Shown: in pieces, positions 13,176 through 21,861 of the stretch
How positions within the stretch are numbered: position 1 is the stretch's first letter
How the letters are laid out: every line of letters starts with the position of its first letter
NCBI GenBank assembly: GCA_965203555.1
Contig: CBDBCY010000004.1
Location: 736,001-800,000 of the forward strand
Origin: Acidimicrobiia bacterium
GTDB lineage: Bacteria > Actinomycetota > Acidimicrobiia > Spongiisociales > ZC4RG35
Reading direction: 5' to 3'
DNA length: 64,000 nt
Made by a program: the position numbers and the translations under genes
Notes under the pieces: generated by a model
What the model saw: only the letters and a program-made list of their open reading frames with translations
What the model was told of the DNA's origin: nothing
Database searches by the model: none

Positions 13176-13238
13176 AGTCGACAGATCACACAAGCCGTTT
13201 CAATTCCTTCATGGGGCACCGTCGGTCAGATCCGCTGT

Positions 13239-13817
13239 TCAGGCCGAGGGACGCCACTCCCCGGCCGACTGGCGAGCAGCATGCGGATCCCGGACCCAGA
13301 GTTCGGCTAAATGAGCCGCCTCATCAACTGCTTGATCTATCACGTTGCGCTCGCCCGACCGGAACCGCTTCAGAACATAGGTGGCCGGGTCCATTCCCGT
13401 AGGAGGCCTGCCCAACCCGATCTTGAGCCTCCAGAATCCGGAGTCGCCCAGCGCCTTGGCCACCGACTTCACTCCGTTGTGGCCTCCCGCCCCTCCTCCG
13501 GAACGGACCCGAAGCCTCCCGAAAGGAAGGTCGATGTCGTCATGGACAACCAACAGACCCTCGACTTCCACCCGGTGATATCTCATCAGGTAGCCGACCG
13601 ACCCGCCGGAGACGTTCATCATCCGGAGAGGAAGACCCAACAGCACCCTCTGGCTCCCAACCCTTATCCCGGTCGTCTCACACCTTGCTCGCAAAGGTCT
13701 CCGCCGCCAGCGCGCCTGATGCCAAGAGGCAAGGATTCCAACGGCCTCTGCGCCGATGTTGTGCCGGGTCCCCGAATACTCCTTGCCGGGATTCCGCAGT
13801 CCTACGATCACCTGCAC
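13239..13817 (-). CDS. pth: Peptidyl-tRNA hydrolase
   Basis: VGLRNPG, TRHNIG, MNVSG, HDDIDL, GGHNG. Confidence 0.96.
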   Translation of the reverse strand: MQVIVGLRNPGKEYSGTRHNIGAEAVGILASWHQARWRRRPLRARCETTGIRVGSQRVLLGLPLRMMNVSGGSVGYLMRYHRVEVEGLLVVHDDIDLPFGRLRVRSGGGAGGHNGVKSVAKALGDSGFWRLKIGLGRPPTGMDPATYVLKRFRSGERNVIDQAVDEAAHLAELWVRDPHAARQSAGEWRPSA

Positions 13818-13882
13818 TTCATCTCCCTACCCGGTGCGCCTGATGAGCCGACCTCGCCACGCGGCAGGCTCGGCCCGTCGTC

Positions 13883-14185
13883 TCAAGAATCCGAAGCGCG
13901 CAGAAAGTCCACGTGGCGAACGTAATCGCGAAATGGGTGACGGTCAACCTGGTGGGCGGTGACCGCCAATTCACGGCCGTCGTCAAAACGAAGTAACACA
14001 TCTCGCTCACCGGGACCGGTCGAGCGCAGGAATCGCTCGAACTCCTGGGAATCCACCGTCAGCAGCACCGATTCCTCCCCGCCGCCGTACACGATGGCCG
14101 GCACCCTGCCGGCGCGGACAATACGACGGGACTCCCTGCTTCCCGCCGAGCGGCCCGCCACGGCCGCCAGTGTGCGTTCTTCCAT
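13883..14185 (-). CDS. rplY: 50S ribosomal protein L25 (short, single-domain form)
   Basis: GRVPAIVYG and HVDFLR motifs; upstream of pth. Confidence 0.88.
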   Translation of the reverse strand: MEERTLAAVAGRSAGSRESRRIVRAGRVPAIVYGGGEESVLLTVDSQEFERFLRSTGPGERDVLLRFDDGRELAVTAHQVDRHPFRDYVRHVDFLRASDS

Positions 14186-14255
14186 TTGTGGTCTCTTTCG
14201 TTTTCGTGCTGGAAAGCGTAATTATGCCTTGCTCAAGGCTCTATTGCCAAAGCGG

Positions 14256-14909
14256 TCAACTGAGGACGCTGCGCAGCCAGGCAACCGTCGTCTCAGCGAT
14301 GCTCCGATTCACGATCTCGGCCATCCGGACTCTCCCTCGGAACGAGTGGTCCAAACCCTCCAAGTCGACCACGGTGGCCGTTTCGAGAGTTCTGACCTCC
14401 CTATCGAACAGATCAGGCCGGGAGAAGACGTCTCTGCTCCCTCGAAAGAAGAGCATCGGGACCGAAATGCTGCCCAAATGCTCGGAGCGAAGACGGTCGG
14501 GGCGACCGGGAGGATGAAGCGGATAGGCGTACAACACCAACGCCTTGACAGGTGCGCCCTCCGCGGCAAGGTAGCTTGCGATGCGACCCCCCATGGAACG
14601 TCCCGCCAACACGGGAATCTCCCCGGTCTGTTCCATTACCCATGCCAAAACCGCCCGGTGACAGGCCAAGAGCCGCTCGGGGCGGTCCGGCCAGCGGCGA
14701 CCGTCTTCCTTGTACGGGTAATTGAAGGTAACGCAGGACACCCCCACCTTCACGAGTTCATCCCGCAGACCCACTGTAAGCGGATGGAGCGCATCCGAAC
14801 CGGCCCCGTGGGCAAGGAGCATGACAATCTCATCTCTCGGATCACCGGCCATCCACACACTGATCTCGCGCCCCGGGGCCCACTCTACGGTTGCCGTAGG
14901 TAATTCCAT
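14256..14909 (-). CDS. Alpha/beta hydrolase (KANL3/Tex30-like)
   Basis: LAHGAG, GRSMGGR nucleophile elbow, YPLHPPG, DHSF. Confidence 0.85.
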   Translation of the reverse strand: MELPTATVEWAPGREISVWMAGDPRDEIVMLLAHGAGSDALHPLTVGLRDELVKVGVSCVTFNYPYKEDGRRWPDRPERLLACHRAVLAWVMEQTGEIPVLAGRSMGGRIASYLAAEGAPVKALVLYAYPLHPPGRPDRLRSEHLGSISVPMLFFRGSRDVFSRPDLFDREVRTLETATVVDLEGLDHSFRGRVRMAEIVNRSIAETTVAWLRSVLS

Positions 14910-14982
14910 GCATGGAACAGTACCTTGCCGCAGGCGACACCGGTCCAACCATCCTCTGAGGAAACTCCCTACGCTCCGGGCC

Positions 14983-16329
14983 ATGCACACAAAGCCGAAG
15001 GTGGGGCTGATGCTCGCTGGGTTACTCCTGTGTTCCTGTCTCACGTCACCGCCGGAGCAGCGGGACATCGAGGAAGCCGCCCTCTCCGACACCGGCTCCA
15101 CAGAGTCATCGGCCGCGGCAATTCCCAGTTCCACCTCTCACGACGCCACCACCAAGCCTGTCCCAACAACAACCGGACCGCCCGCCACGACCGCAACCAC
15201 AGCCGTTCCCACCACCACAGCAACAACGACCCCGACCACTACCGCGCCGACCACCACCAACCCGCCCGCTGCGACCACCGTCACAACGCCGACAACCACC
15301 ACTGTGACCGCCCAGTCGGCAGATGAGGAAGGGGAAGAGGGAGAAGGACAACAACCACAATCGGCGGCGGCAGCAGCAGAAGAAGAAGAAGAAGAAGAAG
15401 AAAGACAACAAGAGGCAGCATCCGAAGAAACAAGGGAACGAGAAGAAGAACAACAACATGAAGACCCGGGAACCCGGCGGGTCCACGATGTCACGGTTTC
15501 GAGGGTCGAGTTCATGCCGGGTCTGACAGCCGACGTCCACGCACCCACCCGGCCGGGCGACTATCCGGTGGTGACCCTTACCTTCGGCAGGGGATGGAGT
15601 ATCGGAGATCGAAGCCAGTTGACGACCCTGTCCCATTACCTCGCCTCCCAGGGGATAGTGGCCGTAAACGGCGAATACCGAACGCTGCTGCGGAACGGAA
15701 GCCTCTCAACGATGGCCGAGGAAGTGGCCTGCCTGGCTGCCGCCGCCCCCGAAGTCGCCAAGCCTCATCTGACCGGGCCGGCAGGTCCGGTGTGGCTGTT
15801 GGGTTACTCCGCCGGGGCTCATCTGGCCGCCCTCGCCACGCTGGCCAGCCATTCTCTTCCCCAACAGTGCCCCCACGCACCTGCGGACATCGCCGGGATG
15901 ATCGGCCTCGGTGGGCCTTACGACCTCGATGAGTTGTGGAATTCAGGAGTTTCCGATTACTTCTTCGACTCCGAGGCCCTCGCCGAAGATCTGCCGTATC
16001 TGGAGTCCGCGCTGAGGCGGGGAGACATGATCGCCATGCAGTTCTTTCTCCGTCTCCTCACCCGTCTCACCCCCGAGGACACCGAATTGTGGGATGCCCT
16101 CAGCCCACTAAAGCTGGCCGATCGACCCCTGCAACGTTCATTCCTGCTGGTCACCGGCGACCGGGACGAACTGATCTTCCCGCTTCATGCCGAACGGTTT
16201 GCAGAGGCTTTGATTTCCGGCGGGCATCATGTGGAACTGCGGATCATTCCCCGCACCGATCATCAAGCTCTGATCGATCCCGAAAACGTGGGCGAAGCCG
16301 TCCGCTCCTTTGTGGAACACACACCCTGA
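14983..16329 (+). CDS. Lipoprotein esterase/lipase with Thr-rich and acidic linker
   Basis: Signal ending LCSC, Thr/Pro-rich linker, poly-E, GYSAGAHLA, catalytic Asp and His candidates (GDRDELI, TDH). Confidence 0.8.
   Translation: MHTKPKVGLMLAGLLLCSCLTSPPEQRDIEEAALSDTGSTESSAAAIPSSTSHDATTKPVPTTTGPPATTATTAVPTTTATTTPTTTAPTTTNPPAATTVTTPTTTTVTAQSADEEGEEGEGQQPQSAAAAAEEEEEEEERQQEAASEETREREEEQQHEDPGTRRVHDVTVSRVEFMPGLTADVHAPTRPGDYPVVTLTFGRGWSIGDRSQLTTLSHYLASQGIVAVNGEYRTLLRNGSLSTMAEEVACLAAAAPEVAKPHLTGPAGPVWLLGYSAGAHLAALATLASHSLPQQCPHAPADIAGMIGLGGPYDLDELWNSGVSDYFFDSEALAEDLPYLESALRRGDMIAMQFFLRLLTRLTPEDTELWDALSPLKLADRPLQRSFLLVTGDRDELIFPLHAERFAEALISGGHHVELRIIPRTDHQALIDPENVGEAVRSFVEHTP
15379..15402 (+). 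repeat. (GAA)8 microsatellite encoding poly-Glu
   Basis: Eight uninterrupted GAA units read directly from the sequence. Confidence 0.9.
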
Positions 16330-16379
16330 CGCACCTGGAACCCCGCCCATGACGGCTTACGGCACAGTCCTGTGACTAC

Positions 16380-17291
16380 TCAATGCTGACGAAAGTCCCG
16401 AAGCGGCATCCGCGGTCCGAACTGGGGCGCCTTCCCGATTTTCTCCAGTAGCCTGACCACCCGCCCGCGGTGCGGGCGGAATGGTTCCAACAACTCCATC
16501 ATCTTCTCGTCGGTTCCCCGGGGTCGGCCGGTCAGATGCCAGACAACCACGTTCTTGAGGTGGAAGTCTCCCACCGCCACCGCGTCGGCGTCCCCGTGGC
16601 TGACCGCCACCGTCTTGGCCGAGGTCCACTCCCCTATCCCCGGGATCTGTTCCAAAAACGTTCGGACCTGCCGGGAAGGAAGGTCAGCCGTCTTCTCGAT
16701 TCGCTCATACCACTGGGCCGCCCTCAGGAGAGTGACCGCTCTTTTCCGCTCCAATCCGAGAGGATGGAGGTCGTAATAACCCAGGGAAGCCAGTCGGCGA
16801 GGATCGGGCGCCAGTCGTACTCCCACCCGCGGCCCCGGCGCCTGCTCCCCCCACCTTCGTACGAGGGCGCGCATGCTGCGAGCCGCTTCCCTTCCCGTGA
16901 CCTTCTGGGCCACAATCGCCGCCCACAGCGCCTCGGACACCAGCCCGGTGGCACCGAATCGCAAACCCGGATTGAAGTGATGGATTCTCCTCACCAAGGG
17001 GTGGTCGGTAACAAAGCTCTCGGGCCGGTCAGCCATTCCCAACCAGCCCTCGGCCCGGGCCCCGATCCAGTCGCTGCCCTCTCCCCAGGCCCTGACCAGC
17101 ACCCGTTCCCGCCCGGAGCGGGTGATCCCGACCGTTGCCGCCCCCTCGGGAGTGCGGACCGCTCTCCACCATCCCCGGTCGGTGAACCGGGCAACCATCT
17201 TGCCCAAGGGCGCCAGTGTGGCTCTCAAATCGAGAGGCCTGCCCTCCAGATCGATCAGCAGCCGCAGATCGGGAGACGATTTGTCAGACAA
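16380..17291 (-). CDS. DNA-3-methyladenine glycosylase (AlkA-like HhH-GPD family)
   Basis: AIVAQKVTG, HhH motif IPGIGEWT, GDADAVAVGDFHL. Confidence 0.88.
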   Translation of the reverse strand: MSDKSSPDLRLLIDLEGRPLDLRATLAPLGKMVARFTDRGWWRAVRTPEGAATVGITRSGRERVLVRAWGEGSDWIGARAEGWLGMADRPESFVTDHPLVRRIHHFNPGLRFGATGLVSEALWAAIVAQKVTGREAARSMRALVRRWGEQAPGPRVGVRLAPDPRRLASLGYYDLHPLGLERKRAVTLLRAAQWYERIEKTADLPSRQVRTFLEQIPGIGEWTSAKTVAVSHGDADAVAVGDFHLKNVVVWHLTGRPRGTDEKMMELLEPFRPHRGRVVRLLEKIGKAPQFGPRMPLRDFRQH

Positions 17292-17305
17292 TCCTCAGGC
17301 GCCGC

Positions 17306-18037
17306 TCACGATTCCCTGCCGCCCAGGTAGGAGGTGCGCAGATCAGGATGAGCCAACAGCCTCTCGGCCGTGTCGTCCAGCACCACCCGGCCGGTTTGCA
17401 GCACCCAACCCCGGTCGGCGATGGAAAGGGCCATGTTGGCATTCTGCTCCACCATGAACACCGTCATGCCCGCCTGATGAATCTGCTGAATCAATTCGAA
17501 GTTCTGCTGGACCAACGCCGGCGCCAGGCCCATTGACGGCTCATCCATGAGCAACACCCGGGGGCCCGCCATGAGAGCCCTGCCGATCGCCACCATCTGC
17601 TGCTCTCCCCCCGACAACGTGCCCGCCTTCTGACTCAATCGCTCCTTTACCCTGGGAAACAGTTCGAAGACCCGCTCCATGTCGGCGTGGATCTGCCCGG
17701 TGTCCTTCCGCAGGTAGGCCCCCAGTTCCAGGTTGTCCTTCACGGAGAGACGCTTGAACAACCGCCGGTTCTCGGGCACCATGGTCACCCCTTTTCTGAC
17801 CCGGTAACTGATGGGCCTCTCGGTCACCACTTCACCGTCGAGCAACACCTGACCCGAGGTCGGAATGAGCATTCCCAGCAAGGTCTTGAGGGTGGTGGAC
17901 TTCCCGCTGGCGTTTCCTCCCAGCAGACACACCAATTCGCCTTCATAGATGGCCAGGTCCACGTCTTTGAGGGCATGGACCGCCCCGTAGTGGGCATTGA
18001 CCGAACGCATCTCCAGCAGGGGGTGGGATTTCTTCAT
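17306..18037 (-). CDS. livF: Branched-chain amino acid-type ABC transporter ATP-binding protein (LivF-like)
   Basis: GGNASGKST, LSGGEQQM, MDEPSMGLAP, VEQN. Confidence 0.92.
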   Translation of the reverse strand: MKKSHPLLEMRSVNAHYGAVHALKDVDLAIYEGELVCLLGGNASGKSTTLKTLLGMLIPTSGQVLLDGEVVTERPISYRVRKGVTMVPENRRLFKRLSVKDNLELGAYLRKDTGQIHADMERVFELFPRVKERLSQKAGTLSGGEQQMVAIGRALMAGPRVLLMDEPSMGLAPALVQQNFELIQQIHQAGMTVFMVEQNANMALSIADRGWVLQTGRVVLDDTAERLLAHPDLRTSYLGGRES

Positions 18038-18822
18038 TTGGTGGTAGCTCCGTGACCCAGGTAGGCCTCTATCACGCGAGGATCCGATGAGACCTCGTGA
18101 TAGTCGCCGTCGGCGATCATCGTTCCATGATCCAACACGATCACCCGGTCCGACACCTCCCGCACCACCTCCATGTCGTGCTCGATCACCACGATGGTGA
18201 AACCCCACTCCTCCCGGAGTCGACCGATCAGTCCGGTGAGTTCGGCGGACTCCACCGGGTTCATTCCGGCGACCGGCTCGTCCAGCAGCAACAGCTTGGG
18301 CTGGGTGGCCATGGCCCGAGCGATCTCCAGGCGGCGCCGGTTGGCGTAGGATAGGACCGCGGCGGGCTGGTCCAGGCGGAAACCGACCAGGCGGGTCCCG
18401 AAGAACCCCAGGATCTTCTCGGCGCGGGCCCGGATTTCGGCCTCTTCGCGCCGGAAGGCCCTGGTGTAGAACAGAGCGCCGAACGTGCCCTGCCTGGTCC
18501 GGCAGTGCTGGGAAACCATCACGTTTTCCAGCACGGTCATGTTCGCAAACAGGCGAACGTTCTGGAAGGTGCGGGCCACCCCGCGGGAGGTCACCTGGTT
18601 GGCGTCGAGGCCGAGCAGCGACCTTCCCTCGAATAGGATGGCGCCGGTGGCTTCCACCGAGGCGGTGATGGCGTTGAACAGGGTGGTCTTGCCCGCTCCG
18701 TTCGGACCGATCACCGACACGATTTCCCCCTCATGCACCTGTATGTCCACCCCGTCCAGGGCGCGAAGGCCTCCGAACTCCACCGTGAGACCCCGGATAT
18801 CCAGCAGGGGGCTTCCGTTCAC
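18034..18822 (-). CDS. livG: ABC transporter ATP-binding protein (LivG-like)
   Basis: GPNGAGKTT, RTFQN, LSYANRRRLE, DEPVAG, IEHDM; GTG start overlapping the livM stop. Confidence 0.92.
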   Translation of the reverse strand: MNGSPLLDIRGLTVEFGGLRALDGVDIQVHEGEIVSVIGPNGAGKTTLFNAITASVEATGAILFEGRSLLGLDANQVTSRGVARTFQNVRLFANMTVLENVMVSQHCRTRQGTFGALFYTRAFRREEAEIRARAEKILGFFGTRLVGFRLDQPAAVLSYANRRRLEIARAMATQPKLLLLDEPVAGMNPVESAELTGLIGRLREEWGFTIVVIEHDMEVVREVSDRVIVLDHGTMIADGDYHEVSSDPRVIEAYLGHGATTK

Positions 18823-20654
18823 GGTCCGCCGTCCGATTCCGCGGCCTGCCCCGCCCCGCCGGTCCGGGGAGCCTCGTCGTCGTCGTCGGTGTCGATTTCT
18901 CCCCTCAGCCAGGCGTCCTGCAGGAATTCTTCTTGATGGAGCTCCCGCGAACGGCGGGCGCTGGGAATCAGCCCCTCGGGACGGGCGAGCATCATCCACA
19001 CCAGCAACGCACCGTAGATGAGCAGCTTGAACTCGGAGAATTCCACCAGCAAACCGGGTTGCTTGGGTCCCCCGAGCACCCCGATCAGCACCACTGCTCC
19101 GGCTATCACCCCGAAGATGTTGCCCATGCCTCCGAAAATCACCACCACCAGGATGATGATGGAGACCAGGATGAGGAAGCTGGTGGGAAACACCGACCCC
19201 ACTTTGGCCACGAAAATGGCACCGCCGAACGATCCCAGCACCGCTCCGACCACAAACGCCATCAGTTTGACGTTGACCGTGTTTATCCCCATCGCCTCGG
19301 CCACCGGTTCGTCCTCCCGCACCGCCATCCAGGCCCTCCCCAGCCGGGAGCGCTCCAAGCGCCACGAAATGTAGATGGCGATGGCGCAGAAGAACAGCAC
19401 CAGATAGAAGACCCGGCGGGGGTTGGTGCCGTCCACGGTGAGCAGGCCGAACACATCCACCCCGTCGATGGCGGTTATTCCCTGCGATCCCCCGAACCAA
19501 CCCGACAGCCAGTCGGACAGAAACAGCAGGCGAATGATCTCACCGAATCCCAGGGTCACTATCGCCAGGTAGTCGCCGCGCATCCGGATCACGGGAGCGC
19601 CGATGAAAAGACCCACCAGGATGGCGATGAAGACCACCAGGATCAACGCCACGAACCAGGGAAACTCGGGTGCGATCCTGGGCGAGGTGGCCGCGGTTAG
19701 CACGGCGGTGGAGTAACTGCCCACCGCAAAGAACGCCACATAGCCAAGGTCCAGAATTCCGGCCAGGCCCACGACCACGTTGAGGCCCAGGGCCAGCAGC
19801 ACGAACAGACCGATATTGGCCATCAGTTCGTTGGTCAGTTTGCCCACCAGCAGCGGCAGGAGGACCAGGACGACTCCCACACCGGCGATCAGGGTGAGAT
19901 TGGCCCGGGTGCGTTTGGGGCCTTCCATCGCCTGGAGCCGGGCCCCGGCGGCCTTGATTCTTCCCTGACCCACCCGGGAAATAACCCCCGACACGACAGC
20001 CAGCGCCGCCGCACCGAGCAGCGTGACCCCTCCCCGCGGCGCGTACAACCACTCGACCAGCACCTCGAGATTCACCCCCTCCACCAGATCGACCACCAGT
20101 GATTCCAAAATGGCGGCCCCCACCACCGTGAGCGCCATGGTCATGATCACCTTCTGAGTCCGCGAAGACGCCAGCCGAAGCGTTCCTCCCACCAACCCCA
20201 GTCCCGCTCCCACCGCCAGCCAGACGATGAATCCCACGCCCGTCCCGCGTCCAAAACTCAATAGCTCCAGCAGTTGCGGGCTCCAGTTGATCAGGGGATC
20301 CCGCAGGTCGAAATTGGTCAGCAGCAGGACCAGGACCGCCAGACCCCCACCCGTCATCAGTCCGCCGGTCGTGGCGGCGACCAGCAACTCTCTCCTGCTC
20401 GGCGGGTTCCCCAAGAATTCCGAGTGCTCCGGTCGGCGACCGAGCAGGACGCCGACCACCAGGGGAGCGACCAGTATCACCAGGTATCCGAGACTCAGGA
20501 TGGGCACGACGATCTCTCTCACGTCGAGTCGGACGGGCATTCCCGAAAGAGATATGAAAATCTGCCCGACGGCGCCCAGGGCCCCGATCCTGATCACTCG
20601 CCGCCACCGGGCGGGCAAGCGGCGGATCAGCAAGGGTCCGGCGGTGGTGGTCAC
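18819..20654 (-). CDS. livM: ABC transporter permease (LivM-like) with long N-terminal membrane extension
   Basis: LGLNVVVGLAGILDLGYVAF, RGDYLAIVTLGFGEI, AVREDE. Confidence 0.9.
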   Translation of the reverse strand: MTTTAGPLLIRRLPARWRRVIRIGALGAVGQIFISLSGMPVRLDVREIVVPILSLGYLVILVAPLVVGVLLGRRPEHSEFLGNPPSRRELLVAATTGGLMTGGGLAVLVLLLTNFDLRDPLINWSPQLLELLSFGRGTGVGFIVWLAVGAGLGLVGGTLRLASSRTQKVIMTMALTVVGAAILESLVVDLVEGVNLEVLVEWLYAPRGGVTLLGAAALAVVSGVISRVGQGRIKAAGARLQAMEGPKRTRANLTLIAGVGVVLVLLPLLVGKLTNELMANIGLFVLLALGLNVVVGLAGILDLGYVAFFAVGSYSTAVLTAATSPRIAPEFPWFVALILVVFIAILVGLFIGAPVIRMRGDYLAIVTLGFGEIIRLLFLSDWLSGWFGGSQGITAIDGVDVFGLLTVDGTNPRRVFYLVLFFCAIAIYISWRLERSRLGRAWMAVREDEPVAEAMGINTVNVKLMAFVVGAVLGSFGGAIFVAKVGSVFPTSFLILVSIIILVVVIFGGMGNIFGVIAGAVVLIGVLGGPKQPGLLVEFSEFKLLIYGALLVWMMLARPEGLIPSARRSRELHQEEFLQDAWLRGEIDTDDDDEAPRTGGAGQAAESDGGP

Positions 20655-21757
20655 GCCCGGTCCTCCGCCGAGAGGCGCTCCCCGAACAGTCCGCTGGGTT
20701 TGAGGAGCAGAACGCCGATCAACATGGCGAAAGCGACCGCGTCCCTCAACTGCGACACGCCGCTAACCCCCAGCGGCTCCAGGATGAGCAGTGGGCCGGT
20801 CGACTCGGCCAGACCGATGAACAGACCTCCCGCCATCGAACCCCCCAGATTGCCGATCCCGCCCACCACGGCCGAACTGAAGGCCTTGATGCCGGGGAGG
20901 AACCCGGTGTAGTGAATGACGCTGCGGAACAGGACCCCCCACAAGATGCCGGCCACGCCGGCCATGGCGCCGCCCACCGCAAAGACCTTGACGATGGTCC
21001 GGTTGACATTGACGCCCATCAGCCCGGCGATCTCCTGGTCCTCGGCCACCGCCCTCATCGCCTTGCCGGTCTTGGTGCGTTCCACCAGCAACCACAGACC
21101 CAGCATCGCCAGGGCGGCGACGATGATCACCATGATCTTGGTGCCTTCGATCTCAAGGAAGGTGCGCTTGGCCGTCAGCCAGTCGGGCATGTCCGGGTAG
21201 GCCTTGCTGGTGGGGCCGAGCAGCACCACCGACGTGTTCTGGATGAAAAAGGAGATGCCGATGGAGGTGATGAGGGGAATCAGGCGGGGAGCTTTACGCA
21301 AGGGACGGTATGCGACCCTTTCCATTATCACCGCGGTCAGAGTGCAGACCAGCATGGAGACCACCACGATGAACAGCAGCGACCCCACGAAGTTGGTCTC
21401 CCACAGACCGGCCTCGTCCAGCTTGTTGGAGGTGATCATTCCGGTCATCGCCCCGACCATAAAGACTTCCCCGTGGGCAAAGTTGATGAAACCGAGGACA
21501 CCGTACACCATGGAATAGCCCAGCGCGATCAGTCCGTACATCGCTCCCTGCGCCAACCCGGAAATCACCAGACCCCGAAACTGGGCGGTGGTGAGGCCGG
21601 TGGCGTCGGGATTGACCACCCGGGCAAAAGGATTGTCGACGCTGATCTGCTGCGCTATGAAAGCCAGCAGGCCCACCGTCAACACTGTCAGAGCCAGGAC
21701 GCGCAGGATGGTGAGAAACCAGTCGACCTTGGTTCTGGGAACCCAGTTGCTAGCCAT
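20651..21757 (-). CDS. livH: ABC transporter permease (LivH-like)
   Basis: ALGYSMVYGVLGFINFAHGE, GKAMRAVAED, GGIGN. Confidence 0.92.
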   Translation of the reverse strand: MASNWVPRTKVDWFLTILRVLALTVLTVGLLAFIAQQISVDNPFARVVNPDATGLTTAQFRGLVISGLAQGAMYGLIALGYSMVYGVLGFINFAHGEVFMVGAMTGMITSNKLDEAGLWETNFVGSLLFIVVVSMLVCTLTAVIMERVAYRPLRKAPRLIPLITSIGISFFIQNTSVVLLGPTSKAYPDMPDWLTAKRTFLEIEGTKIMVIIVAALAMLGLWLLVERTKTGKAMRAVAEDQEIAGLMGVNVNRTIVKVFAVGGAMAGVAGILWGVLFRSVIHYTGFLPGIKAFSSAVVGGIGNLGGSMAGGLFIGLAESTGPLLILEPLGVSGVSQLRDAVAFAMLIGVLLLKPSGLFGERLSAEDRA

Positions 21758-21861
21758 TACTGCTCCAAATAGGGACGATGCCGAAGCTTACACGCTTATA
21801 CGTGCTCACCTCGGCATCGTCCGTTAGTTTCTCAGTTCTCGTGGAGTGGCCTATTCAGAGA

